This document shows positions 1 to 10,559 of a stretch of DNA of 33,362 nucleotides, one piece after another. The stretch is taken from positions 1-33,362 of the forward strand of contig JAUCBJ010008481.1 of assembly GCA_032718475.1 (NCBI GenBank). The letters run 5' to 3'. The notes beneath the pieces were generated by a model. That model did no database searches. It was not told the origin of the DNA and was given only the letters and a program-made list of their open reading frames with translations. The stretch comes from Nemertoderma westbladi. Taxonomy: Eukaryota > Animalia > Xenacoelomorpha. The position numbers were made by a program, and so were the translations under genes. The stretch's first letter is position 1. Every line of letters starts with the position of its first letter.

Positions 1-261
1 AATCTTCGATGACTCTGAATAAAAACGTATGATTGACAGGATCAGAGATGTTACTTTTAGAGAGGATCGTGATTCTGTGGCATAATCAAACTAAACTCAA
101 ACCAAAACGGCCCTTTTAAGGGCCAACATTCTTTGCCACTATCGAGGAGCTCCCCGTGCTGCAAAGGGGAAGCATGGCTGTAAAGCTGATGACTAATGCT
201 GGATAAATTATATTTTTTTAATTGTGATTAAATCAAAAATAACGAAAAATCATTAAAAAAA

Positions 262-512
262 AAATTAACAACATTGAGGGCTGGGGCCGAAATATGAACA
301 AAGTTAGGGGCTGGTGTCGAATTACCATCAACATTGAGAGCTGTGGCCGAAATATCGACAACATTAGGGGCTGAGGCCGAATTACCAACAATGTTAGGGG
401 CTGGCGTCGAATTACCATCAAAATTATGGGTTGAAACCGAATTACCAACAATGTTTAGGGGCTGGGTCCGAAATTTCAAAAACATTAAGGGTCGAGTTCG
501 AAATATCAACAA
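262..512. repeat. 30-bp minisatellite, about 8 diverged copies (approx. AACATTAGGGGCTGGGGCCGAATTACCAAC)
   Basis: Repeat units line up at 30-nt period in the raw sequence; the ORFs here are 10-aa periodic by-products. Confidence 0.9.
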
Positions 513-1254
513 TTGACATATGGATATATGATTGGTAGGCCATTTGTCTGACCAATCAGTGACTGCTTGAAATTAGGATATTAAACGAACGGATGAAGTG
601 GTAGGCATTCACCAGTGGTAGCATAGTGTATAGATGGTAGAAAAAATATAAAGTATTGAGGGTCTTTAGCTGGTTATATTATATTAAATAAAATTACAAT
701 AGTAAACGTTTTCGACCTACCAGTCTGCATCATACGCATCATGTACTGGCAACTCCAGGACTCCAGAAAATAAGAAAATAAAGATTAAATCTGTTCGCAG
801 ACGCAGTCAGGCTGCGAACCTTCCTGTGTACACATCCTCATATATAGGATTATTTCGCAGTTTGCTGAATCTGGAGATCTACAATATTTTTTCTATCATC
901 TATATGAAATTAGGATGTCATTCAGAGACCTTAGTAAAAAGGATTAGAGCCTACTATTAATGCAACGGCATTGATACTGAGATTGTGCATTCGCACAATC
1001 TCAGTAGTATATTGGAATTCTACAGTGTGTGTAAACACCATTGATTATGTAGGCTGCTGCACTGTCTTCCTCTTTAAGAGTCAGCCAGGAGTGGAAAAAT
1101 AACATAGGTTTTTTAAGGAAAAAAATAGATTTAGGTTTTTTTTATGTAGGTTTTTTAAGGTTTTTTATTATATACAGTAATGCACTGAATCATGTACAAT
1201 AGTCTTATCTGCCTGAGCCTATAGTCTTGTCTAAGTTGATTATAGATTATTACA

Positions 1255-1820
1255 AATGGTTTCGAACTCTCTAGTGGCACAGAGGTGCCACTTTTTAGCA
1301 TGTGGCACATATGGGTACTATTATCTAGCATGGCACAAAATATAAAAATCGCTAAAGCTTCATAGAAATGTGCCATTTTCGGTTTTTGTAGGTTTTCAAT
1401 AGTGCTGATTCGATTACAAATGATTTGAATTCTCCACTTTTGTTTGGCATGGCACAAAATCGCTAAAGCTTCATAGAAATGTGCCATGTTCGATTTTTAT
1501 AAGTTTATATGGTTTCGAATTCTCTAGTGGCTGTTACTTATACTGCAGTGCCAATTCGTGGCACGTGTTACATGGCACAACTTTGAAAGTGGTCTCAAAT
1601 ATCTTCCATAAATCGCAGAGAAATTTTGTGTGGCACATGACATATGCCACATGGCACAATTTTGAAAAAATAACTAAAACTTATTAGAATAAGAAATGCT
1701 TCGGATAATATGGGTTTTGAGAGCACCAAAACATTACAAGTGTCGCACATAATTTACATACATCATAGTGCCATTTTGTGTGGCACATGACACATGGTAT
1801 ATTCCACTCCACATGGCACT
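1255..1820. repeat. Unclassified repeat relic rich in TGGCACA/TGTGCCA motifs in both orientations (probably subterminal region of a DNA transposon)
   Basis: AAAATCGCTAAAGCTTCATAGAAATGTGCCAT occurs twice (~1345, ~1456); TGGTTTCGAA.TCTCTAGTGGC twice (~1257, ~1510); GTGTGGCACATGACA twice (~1628, ~1778). No termini identified. Confidence 0.5.
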
Positions 1821-2019
1821 CGTTTCAAAAATAAGGATTATATTGGTTTTATTTGTTAAATATTCATATTGGTTCTTGGTAATATGTTGTTCAATTTAGT
1901 TAGCCTATATGTCATCAAACAATGTTGTCACAATTTGATGATAGCAGGGTTCAATTTCACAGTAATAATGAAAATACATAATAATAATAATACATAATAA
2001 TAATAATACATAATAATAA

Positions 2020-3922
2020 TATCAGATGTACATAGTAACCTATTCATCAGGTCTTGGTTAGTCTTCATTCACCCTTAAAATCTTCCTTGAAGACCATTCC
2101 CTAAAATGTTTGAAGTCTTTATTCCTGGCCTTCTGTACCTCCTCACTATACATTCCTATTGGAAGCAAGAGTGAACGGATCACTAAGTGACCATGTTGGA
2201 TGACTCTGTGTAGAGACTCTGGCATATAATACCATGGAAATAATTCTGTGTACAGATGTGCCCTCTCGATACAATATGTTTGAAACAGATCCGTGACAAC
2301 ATCAAATCCAGAGTAGAGTGTTACTAGAATTATATACAGGCATGCTATTAAGTCCGGACTAATTCCTAAAATGGAAGATGTAACCTCAACATTTTGAAAA
2401 AATCGTCAAGCTGTATTTCTGTCATTACTGGTTCTTGAACCACCTGCTCTTGGATAGTCTATTTTCAAGCCCACTTGATCTAGGAATTTTTTCTGTATGT
2501 CAGTTTTCTGTTTCTTAAAAATAACTTTAGCTGACTTTCCATGTACAGCCCATTTTTTTAATGGAAGTTTGTACGCAATGTGGAGTAGGCATTCCATGAA
2601 ACGGATCCATTGGTGTAAAATAGACAGTCCAATATGCATCGTTTTGCTTCTCCTGTGTAACTTTTCGGATCTTTAATAAATTTATATTATTCATTTCGGA
2701 TGGATGGCACCACAAAGTGTACAACTCTGTGTGTTGATTCCATCATGTCTCATATTGTTTGTATTGACCACGTTGCTATCTACCATCGTTATTTCCATTA
2801 TGTGTTTCACATTTAAGGTAGTCTCACCACAAGTAACTATTGATTTATGCAATGATGCAATATGCAATATCAATCTTGTCTTAATCTAGAATTTTCTCTC
2901 AATATTTCCTCTTTTGTCACACGTGTAAAACGAAATGTATTGGCCAACAATATAATGTCGAGATGCCAGATAATTAGTCTTTCATTGGATCCAGCATACC
3001 CACGAAGCTCCAATGGGACCAAACATGAAATATATATTGATGAATCATCAGAGTGTGGTCCTTCACCAGGAAGCAGTTTGTAAATACTCTGACCTGTACA
3101 TCCATCATAGCCAACCTTCCAGCGCAAAATTAGATCTTCTTTGTTATCATCAGTTGAGTCTTCTGTCAGTGTATTTGTACTATGATCCAGAAGATTCTGC
3201 AATGGAACAGATGCAGCATAGCATAGTAAGAAACATTTATCTTCTTTGGGTAGTGTAGCGTAAAGCTTTGCCATCTCGGACATAATAATTATACACTGGA
3301 TAGAGATTGATATTTTTAGAATTTTCAAGAGTCCCGTAATAACTGATAACTCCTTCAAATTCAAATTCATGAGTGTGCCAAGCGCCTCATTTGGAGTATA
3401 TATTGAGGGGCCAGGAGATTGATGCGACACGGAATGGGATACAACAGCTGATGTCCGTATCATTCCTTCTGAGCATAAAGAAGATGCTGTGGCAGCAATC
3501 AAAGCAGTCAAATCATATTCTGCTGTAATTTCAAGAATACGACAACGTTTTTTTCTGTCAGAAGATTGATCAAAACTTAACTTTCATCTTCCAGGGTAAT
3601 CTAATTTTTTTTCTAATGATAATTCTTCATGAGAAGTTGCCTCTTTGGCAGGAGTTGGCTATAGTTGTTGGCAATCTTCAATTACAATAAATGTTTCGTC
3701 TAGCCATTTACTATTGTTCTTTTCAAACAATTTCAATGTCCTATTAGATTTTTTCTAGTGTTGTTTATAGTGGGGTAAAAGTCTCTGAGACAATTCCCTT
3801 CGTACTTCCGTTGTATCAACTGTTGTATGTTCAACAGTTATGAATTCGATAATCCGATCTATATCATCACTGCAACCTTTCATATATTCTTGAATAAATT
3901 CGTGAATTTTTTTGCGCAACAT
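2020..3922 (-). pseudogene. Transib-superfamily DDE transposase (RAG1-core-like), disrupted by frameshifts and stops
   Basis: Ordered motifs: KKSNRT..F.K....WL, SSDRKKR, WKVGYDGCTGQSIYK (first Asp), DSSIYISCLVPLEL, ITMVD (second Asp), CTLCGA, GLSILHQWIRFMECLLHIAYKL, TSNDRNTA.RFF, PWYYMPESLHRVIQHG, PIGMYSEEVQKARNKDF, DLMNRLL.TSD. Confidence 0.93.
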
Positions 3923-4826
3923 AATCCAAATATAATGTTCAAATTTATATCATTATAATCCAAAACAAGATACTAATTTCGGCTTTTAGTTATGTTGGCA
4001 TAAATTTTTAACCCAATCTGGTCTGATGTCAACCATAATTCCATATTATAGGCCTAGATGTAGGTATATACTGTACTTCCGTGTTATCTACATACCACAT
4101 TACATGAAATGGACAGGTTACAGTGACAACCATTCTGCAACTCTAATCTAATTGATTTTACTTCGTTTTTTATTGTTTTGGTTAAAATACAAAACCATCT
4201 AGTAGTACACTATAACCATAACCTGGTTCTTTTGTAACAATTATTAGTTTGTTCAGTTCACAGTGCAATACTATGTCATATATACAGTATATTAAAAATT
4301 ATTATTGTGTTTTAGTCAATTTAATAATTTTAAATTATTCCTTGTGACAAAGCAGGCAGGTGATGATGGCATCTTTCTCCATGCTATATTAGTTTCACTA
4401 TAACTCTAGATTAAAAATTTATGCAAATTACTATAACACTGTGTAGTAAAACAAATCAAGCTTTTTAAATTTAAAAAATAATTTTTTATGAAATTTTATT
4501 TTTAACGTATAATGGTGATATATAATATATTAACCATGGTGCTTCAAAAGTTCTCTCATTGCGAAGGGCTTGATGAGTAGACAATTAAAAAAAATTACTA
4601 GATAATGACCAACCATTTCGTTTTTATCACAATTTTTCAATTATACTCTATTTTAAAAATTTGTGATTTTGTTTGAAAATGTCATGTATTTTTGACACCA
4701 TGATGAATTTTGAAAAAAAAAATGTTTTCTTATAGATTGAAATATATGCTTTCACGAGAGATAAAATAAATTTGCAAAAATGAAAGTCAAATTTTGGCTA
4801 TTTTTTGCTATCTCTGGCCCACTGTG
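2020..4826 (-). mobile_element. Transib DNA transposon; 5' terminus at 4826, 3' terminus not found
   Basis: Minus strand from 4826 reads CACAGTG GGCCAGAGATA GCAAAAAAT, about 900 bp upstream of the transposase ATG (3922). Transib TIRs begin with CAC. Confidence 0.8.
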
Positions 4827-4894
4827 CACCGCTACATCGTAAATCTTATATGTCCCAAAAATAATAAAAATACGCACAAAAAAATATATAAATC

Positions 4895-6312
4895 TCATTT
4901 ATTTATATCCCAAAAATAATAATTTTCCTTCCCAGTATAAGACTGACTTGGTACTTCCGATTTACAATTACGTAATCGGTCAATGTTTACAAATAAAATC
5001 TTGTCATGTGGCTTGTCAACCAATCTTATTTCCGCATTATTGGCAACAATTTTTAGAATTCTATAAGGCCCATGAAATGGCCTAGTGAGTTTATGATACT
5101 TTCCTTTCACCAAATCAGGTTGGTGAAGGAACACCCTATCCCCGACTCGATATGTTACTGATTTACGTTTTTTATCAAACTGTTCCTTATATTGCACCTG
5201 CGCCTTATTTATGTTGCATCGTGCAATATCCCACGCCGTAGATAGATGATCTGACAACTCAGCTCTATAATCATCCAAATCCACTTGATAGACTATCCGA
5301 GGTCTATTCAAAGCCGTTTCGGTTGGCAATCAGGCATCCTGCCCATATAACAAAAAAAACAGCGATTCATTTGTACTTGAGTGTTGTGATGTTCTATAAG
5401 CAAACAATACACAAGGCAACACCCGATCACAATCGTTATTGTGTCTGTCAGCTGTTTTAGCTAACATGTCTAACAACGTTCTATCATTCCATCCGTTTGA
5501 GGGTGAAATGCACTGGTATTAATTTTCCGAATCCCGCACAAATCGCACACAGATAAAAATAAATCAGACAAAAAGTTAGTACCTCTGTCTGATAACAGCT
5601 CCCGAGGTACTCCATGCCTGCCAATAAAATCTATGAAACAATTTGCTAATGTCTCCGCATATGCCTCAATCCATTTTGTTAAATAGTCTCCAAATAAAAT
5701 ACACTTTTTATTACCCAGTTCCGTTAATGGTAAAGTTAAAACATCAACAGCTACTCGCTCAAATGGGCTCCCAACCGGTAAAGGTTGAAGCAAAGGCTTC
5801 TGCCCACGCCCTGGATTCCTCGTAGCACATTGCAAGCAACTGTGACACCAATGAAAAATGTCAACCCGCATACGTGGCCACCAATATTGTAATCTTAGCA
5901 CACTCCAATTTCTATGATCAGAGAGATGGCCAGCAAATTTACCCCCATGAATTTCATTCCATAACTTAAATCTCCACTCCTTTGGGACAGCTAAACGCGG
6001 CTGCCGAAAATCAACATTATCTTCTACTTTATATAAAACACCGGCAATTAATGTGGTATTATCAGAATTAGTTTTTACAAAATCTCTCATCTTTTTGTCA
6101 CTGGGTACTATTTTAGATACATGAAAATCAATAAGTGCACGTAAATCAGAATCAGTATACTGTAACTCTTTCAATAATCCCGTCTCCTCCTGTAACTTTT
6201 CAAAAGACTCACATATATTTGAGCTAGCACAAATACCATTTTTGTTGCTAGTAGCAACCGGAATTCTCGAAAGAGCATCAGCATTACCATTTGCTTTGCC
6301 CGGCCGATGAAC
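4895..6312 (-). pseudogene. Gypsy RNase H tail plus integrase (HHCC zinc finger, DDE core, GPY/F motif), frameshifted
   Basis: VHRPGKANGNADALSR; IHGGKFAGH..YWWPRM..CHSCLQC; VAVDVL, LLSDRGTNF, HPQTDGMIER; LFAYRT; RPFHGPYRI. Confidence 0.93.
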
Positions 6313-7146
6313 ATATATCGTGGTACTCTTTTAGTAGATTCAAAACCTCCAACTTTTGTTCTTTTGTCAAGTCCATTTCCGATAAATCGATGCTGGATTC
6401 GAGTACCTTCTCCTGTTCCTTTACAACCGTTATTACTGCCGATAAACCATCCGCAACCGAATCTAGAACATTGGTGTCCGTGACATCCGTATCCATAATT
6501 TCCGTTAGATTAATTGTACCATTATTGGCAATTAAGTTCGTACATTTCCCAATAGTTAAACCTTCTGGAATCGATTTGTGGATGGAATCTAAACTTAGAA
6601 TCCCCAATAAACCGTAACCATCCTCCTCCAGTTCAAGAACAGCTCCCGTAGAACATAAACCGTATTCCACTAACCCATCTGAAGGTTCAAATAAACATTG
6701 TCGTGACGGGAGTTCTTTAAACTGTCCTTCAACCTGTACCTTTACAAAACTCGCTGTCCGAGGAGGAATTTGTTTTCCAACTAACAGTGCACACAACCCG
6801 CTGTTGTTATTCCATGTATCTTTAATGCCCCGATCCGCCGCTCCGATCTTTTCCCTCCAAGAACCTCAATATCTGAATGGTTTATTTCTAATCGTCCCGT
6901 CCCAAAAATCGTGCGTTCCGCAGTCCTCAAAGAAACACCTAACTTTGGTAAGGCATCCGTTCCTACTACAAAATCATGATCAAAATCTCGAACAACCCAC
7001 AAAGTGATTGTTTCCATAAAACCATCTAAAGTTACAGGGGCTTTAAATCTGGTGCATACATCTAGTTGGGCTCCAGTAGCTGATCTTAAACGTAATAAAT
7101 CCGAACTAGTATCCACAAGATGTCATTGTGTAGTACCCAATTCTTT
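6313..7146 (-). pseudogene. Gypsy protease C-terminal half and pre-RT linker
   Basis: LRSATGAQL..FVVGTD (ILG.D-type motif); DLSEMDLTKEQKLEVLNLLKEYHDI is the typical segment just before RT. Confidence 0.8.
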
Positions 7147-7159
7147 AAGAATACATTGA

Positions 7160-9622
7160 TGGCCGATTTTCAAAAAGCATTTGATTCTGTAGAATGGGAT
7201 TTCTTGGAACAGGCATTGAAACATTTCAATTTTCCAGACTCTTTTCTCACTTGGTTTGGCATTTTATATAACAACAATTTTAAGTTAGTGATTCACAATA
7301 ACAGTTATTTATCAAAATCTTTTGTTGCTTCAAGAGGTATTCGTCAAGGATGTCCGTTATCGGCATATTTGTTTGTATTAGCTGTTGAAATACTTGCTGG
7401 GGTAGTTAGGAATACACATGAAATTAAAGGACCGCAAATGGGGAACAGCAATAATATAATTTCACAGTATGTGGATGATACCAATTTTTTTCTACAAGCA
7501 TCTGCCGAATCGCTTATGGCTCTAATGGAGATCCTAGGGGTTTTCGGAAATATTTCTGGCTTAAAGCTAAACAAATCCAAAACAGAGGTAACTTGGATTG
7601 GCTCCATGAAAAACAGAGCTAGCAAGATCTGTCCACAGCTAAGGCTCAAGTGGTTAATTCCCAGAGAGCCCTTTAAAATCCTCGGGATTCTACTTTCAAC
7701 AAATATTTCCTCCATTGAATGCTTAAATTTTCCTGACGCCGTGGAAAAGGCAAAAAAAATAGTAGAAATTTGGTCACGCCATAAACTCTCTTTATTGGGT
7801 CGGATATGCATCGCAAAAACTTTGGTGCTCTCAAAATTTACAAATTTATTTGCATGTCTTGAAAACCCATTAGTGAACATGAAAAAAAATATCTCAGACC
7901 TATTAGACAAATTCATCTGGGCTGGAAAACCGCCAAAACTTAAAAAAGCAGTATTGATTAACTTATATGAAGTTGGCGGTGCACAAATCCCCGACTTAAG
8001 TACCTTCATAGAAAGTCAAAAAGTTAAATGGATTCAAAAACTCATAGAAAATAGTCATTCGGTGTGGAAAACACTCGCCTGCACGCAACTCGGGGATAGT
8101 GTTGCCAAAAATTTAAAATGGTTTGTAAATTTACTTCCAGATGATATATAAAATATCAAGGTGTGTAAAGGTAATTTCTGGTGCAACGTCTTAACTGTCT
8201 GGTGCCGAATAAATTATGCAGTCAGAAACGGCATTAACAATGATGATTTTGTTAACTATCAAACTATATGGTTAAACTCCAATATTAAAATTGATAGTAA
8301 ACCACTTTTTCATCAACAATGGATTAATAAAGGTATTTTTTTTATCCATAACATCAGAAACCTCCAACAAAACAGATTTCTTTCCTTTAATGAATTACAA
8401 GAAAAATTCAATGTTTCCAAAAAAGACCATTTTTAAACTACATGAGTGTAGTGGACGCCATTAATACTCAGTTAAGGACTGCGCTCAAAAAACAGGTACT
8501 TGGAGCTTCTGCGCCACTCTCTATGAACATAATTAACAAAGGTCGATGATCAACAAATACGGCATACAAATTATTTATAGATCAAATTGGTGAAACAAAC
8601 ACAGTAGCAAGTCAAAAATGGTGCTTAGAGTTACACACTGATGTAGATAAAATTTTGTGGAACAAATTTTTTCAAATGGCCAAAACAAATTCACGTGAAG
8701 TGGTCCTTTCAATTCAAGTTACTGCACCGTAGGTTACCCACAAATACTTTGCTATTTAAAATAGGCATTACATCATCAAACCTTTGTTCTTTTTGTAAAA
8801 CACTCAAGGAAACTTATTTACATCTTTTCTGGGAGTGTGAAACTGTGAAAAAATTAATTGATGAATTTAAATTGTGGTGGTTAAAAAACACAAAACAGTC
8901 ATTAATTCTTACAAAGCTTTCAATGTTGTTTGGGTACCACACAAAAGTGCCACCAATCATTAATTGCCTCCTACAGTTACTAAGATACTATATTTATTGC
9001 GAAAAATTCCAAAATACTCTGGCTCTACAAATATCTGTTTTTCTACATAATGTTTCTAAAAAATTTCCTTTATGAAAACTACATCGCAGTTCAGGAATCA
9101 AAAATTTACATTTTTGAGCAAAAATGGAAGCTAATCAATGATTTCTTATTAAGATAAAATTAGCAAATCTATTGCTAGTATGTTTCGATTTGTAATAGTG
9201 CTGTTTTTTTTCTTTTTTTCTGGTTTTTCTATCCTGTTCTGTGGGATTCCGAGTCGCAGTAATAGTGCATTACATTATATTATATGGTGAATTATTTTCC
9301 GTCATTATGTTTATCTTACCTGCGCTACTTAAGCATTCAATACGGTAGCTATTAAGAACCTATGATGTTCTGGTTTTTTTTTTTTGTCATATCCATAAGG
9401 CGCTGCTGTAGGTTAAGTGTATTTATCCACACGGTAAAATATTGAAAAAAAGTCATACCGGTACCAAAAGCCTCGTATATGGCGATAAGATTATGTTACC
9501 ACGTTTAAATACTAGGCTATCCATTAACTTGTCAATTATCCATTTCGTATTACTTTTTGTGTAATTGTGCGATTTTGAATTTAATTGGGTTAATATATAT
9601 GGACTGGAGAAGGAAAAAAAAA
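7160..9622 (+). mobile_element. 5'-truncated L1/Tx1-clade LINE (RT, zf-RVT-like C-terminus, 3' UTR, poly-A), decayed
   Basis: DFQKAFDSV, RGIRQGCPLS, QYVDDT, LSLLGR, LLHRRLPTN..CSFC..ETYLHLFWEC; A-tail at 9614-9624; TSD AAGAATACATTGA at 7147-7159 and 9623-9635. Confidence 0.95.
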
Positions 9623-9635
9623 AAGAATACATTGA

Positions 9636-9810
9636 GCTGTTGATACAGAAACTAATGTTGCTTGGCAACCAGAGTCCAATAAAACCTTATATTCTAAGGA
9701 ACCGACCTTTACCGTGGATGTACATCGCATTCCCAGTTTAGTTTCTCCACTACTAACGATATTTGCCTCACCAAACAATAACTTTACTACTGAGTTATCC
9801 ACCAAATAGC
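9636..9810 (-). pseudogene. Gypsy aspartic protease N-terminal half
   Basis: VKVGSLEYKVLLDSGCQATLVS catalytic motif; joins in frame to the 7146 segment once the LINE and one TSD copy are removed. Confidence 0.88.
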
Positions 9811-9812
9811 TG

Positions 9813-10556
9813 TCAGGATTTCTGACAGAAGCTGCTTTGATTGAAGTTCCGAGGAGTTTGGAAAGATTTTGCAGGACCATATTTTCTATCATGCGTACAC
9901 TGCTCCTTCCAATGGAATTTGTTTTGGAACCCAAGACTATCGCAGAATTTACACTTCGGTAATGGACGCGAATGAGGATTGAACGATGCAGAAGGTTGAA
10001 CTGCAGGTGAATTTGAATTTGGTGTAAAACCATCTCTTTGTGGTTTATTCTCAGAATATTGATATCCGCTATTACTTCCATAAGGCGTCCGTTTAAAATT
10101 CTGTTGAAAATCCCGTGGACGACTACTAAACTGTTGAGAATTAAAACGCCGCGCTGATGCGTAATCATCAGCTGACACCGCTAACTGACTTAGAGATTTT
10201 AGTTTTCTATCTCGCAACCAAACTTGCAGAGATCATTAGGTACGCAATTGGAAAACTGTTCCATTAAAATTAATTCTTCTAATGGAATCATTTCTTCATC
10301 TTCACCCGTAACCTGCTCATACACCCACTGCCTATAGGATTCCCGCATTCTCTCCGCAAACTCACTAAAAGATTCATTATCTCTTTTTCTGTCTCCCCGA
10401 AACCGCAACCTCAAGTTCTCCGTGTTTATGTCATATCGCGACCGAATTATCTCTATCACCCTATCATAATCAGCAGCAACCCCATTAGAAAGGGTGGAAA
10501 AAGCTGTTAATGCTTTACAGGTTAGCCGACCAGCAAGCTGGGTGGACCAGACGATC
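9813..10556 (-). pseudogene. Gypsy gag fragment with SCAN-like capsid C-terminal domain and atypical zinc knuckle
   Basis: WSTQLAGRLTCKA..DYDRV..RYDINTENLRLRFR..ESFSEFAERM..W..LEELILMEQF..VP; CKFC-X9-H-X4-C; frameshift near 10200-10217. Confidence 0.8.
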
Positions 10557-10559
10557 CAA

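Larger units (their letters stand above)
4895..10556 (-). mobile_element. Ty3/Gypsy LTR-retrotransposon internal region (gag-PR-[RT/RH deleted]-IN), interrupted by a LINE; no LTRs seen
   Basis: Collinear minus-strand gag, protease, RNase H tail and integrase fragments. Confidence 0.9.

Noticed and set aside
228-516. Three overlapping ORFs with 10-aa periodicity
   Set aside because: By-products of the 30-bp minisatellite, open on both strands.
1085-1170. Possible hAT-like terminus (CAGGAGTGGAAAAA..AGGTTTTTT repeats)
   Set aside because: Degenerate, with no partner TIR or TSD found.
4437-4443. Additional CACAGTG heptamers (4437 minus, ~4259 plus) as Transib ends
   Set aside because: No matching TIR context, and both lie upstream of the transposase, so neither can be the 3' end.
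2020-4826. ProtoRAG (RAG1L plus RAG2L) system
   Set aside because: Only a Transib-size core; no kelch/PHD RAG2-like ORF or RING domain is visible.
7344-8009. 221-aa antisense ORF and similar antisense ORFs over RTE and gag
   Set aside because: Shadow frames of TE coding sequence with no motifs.
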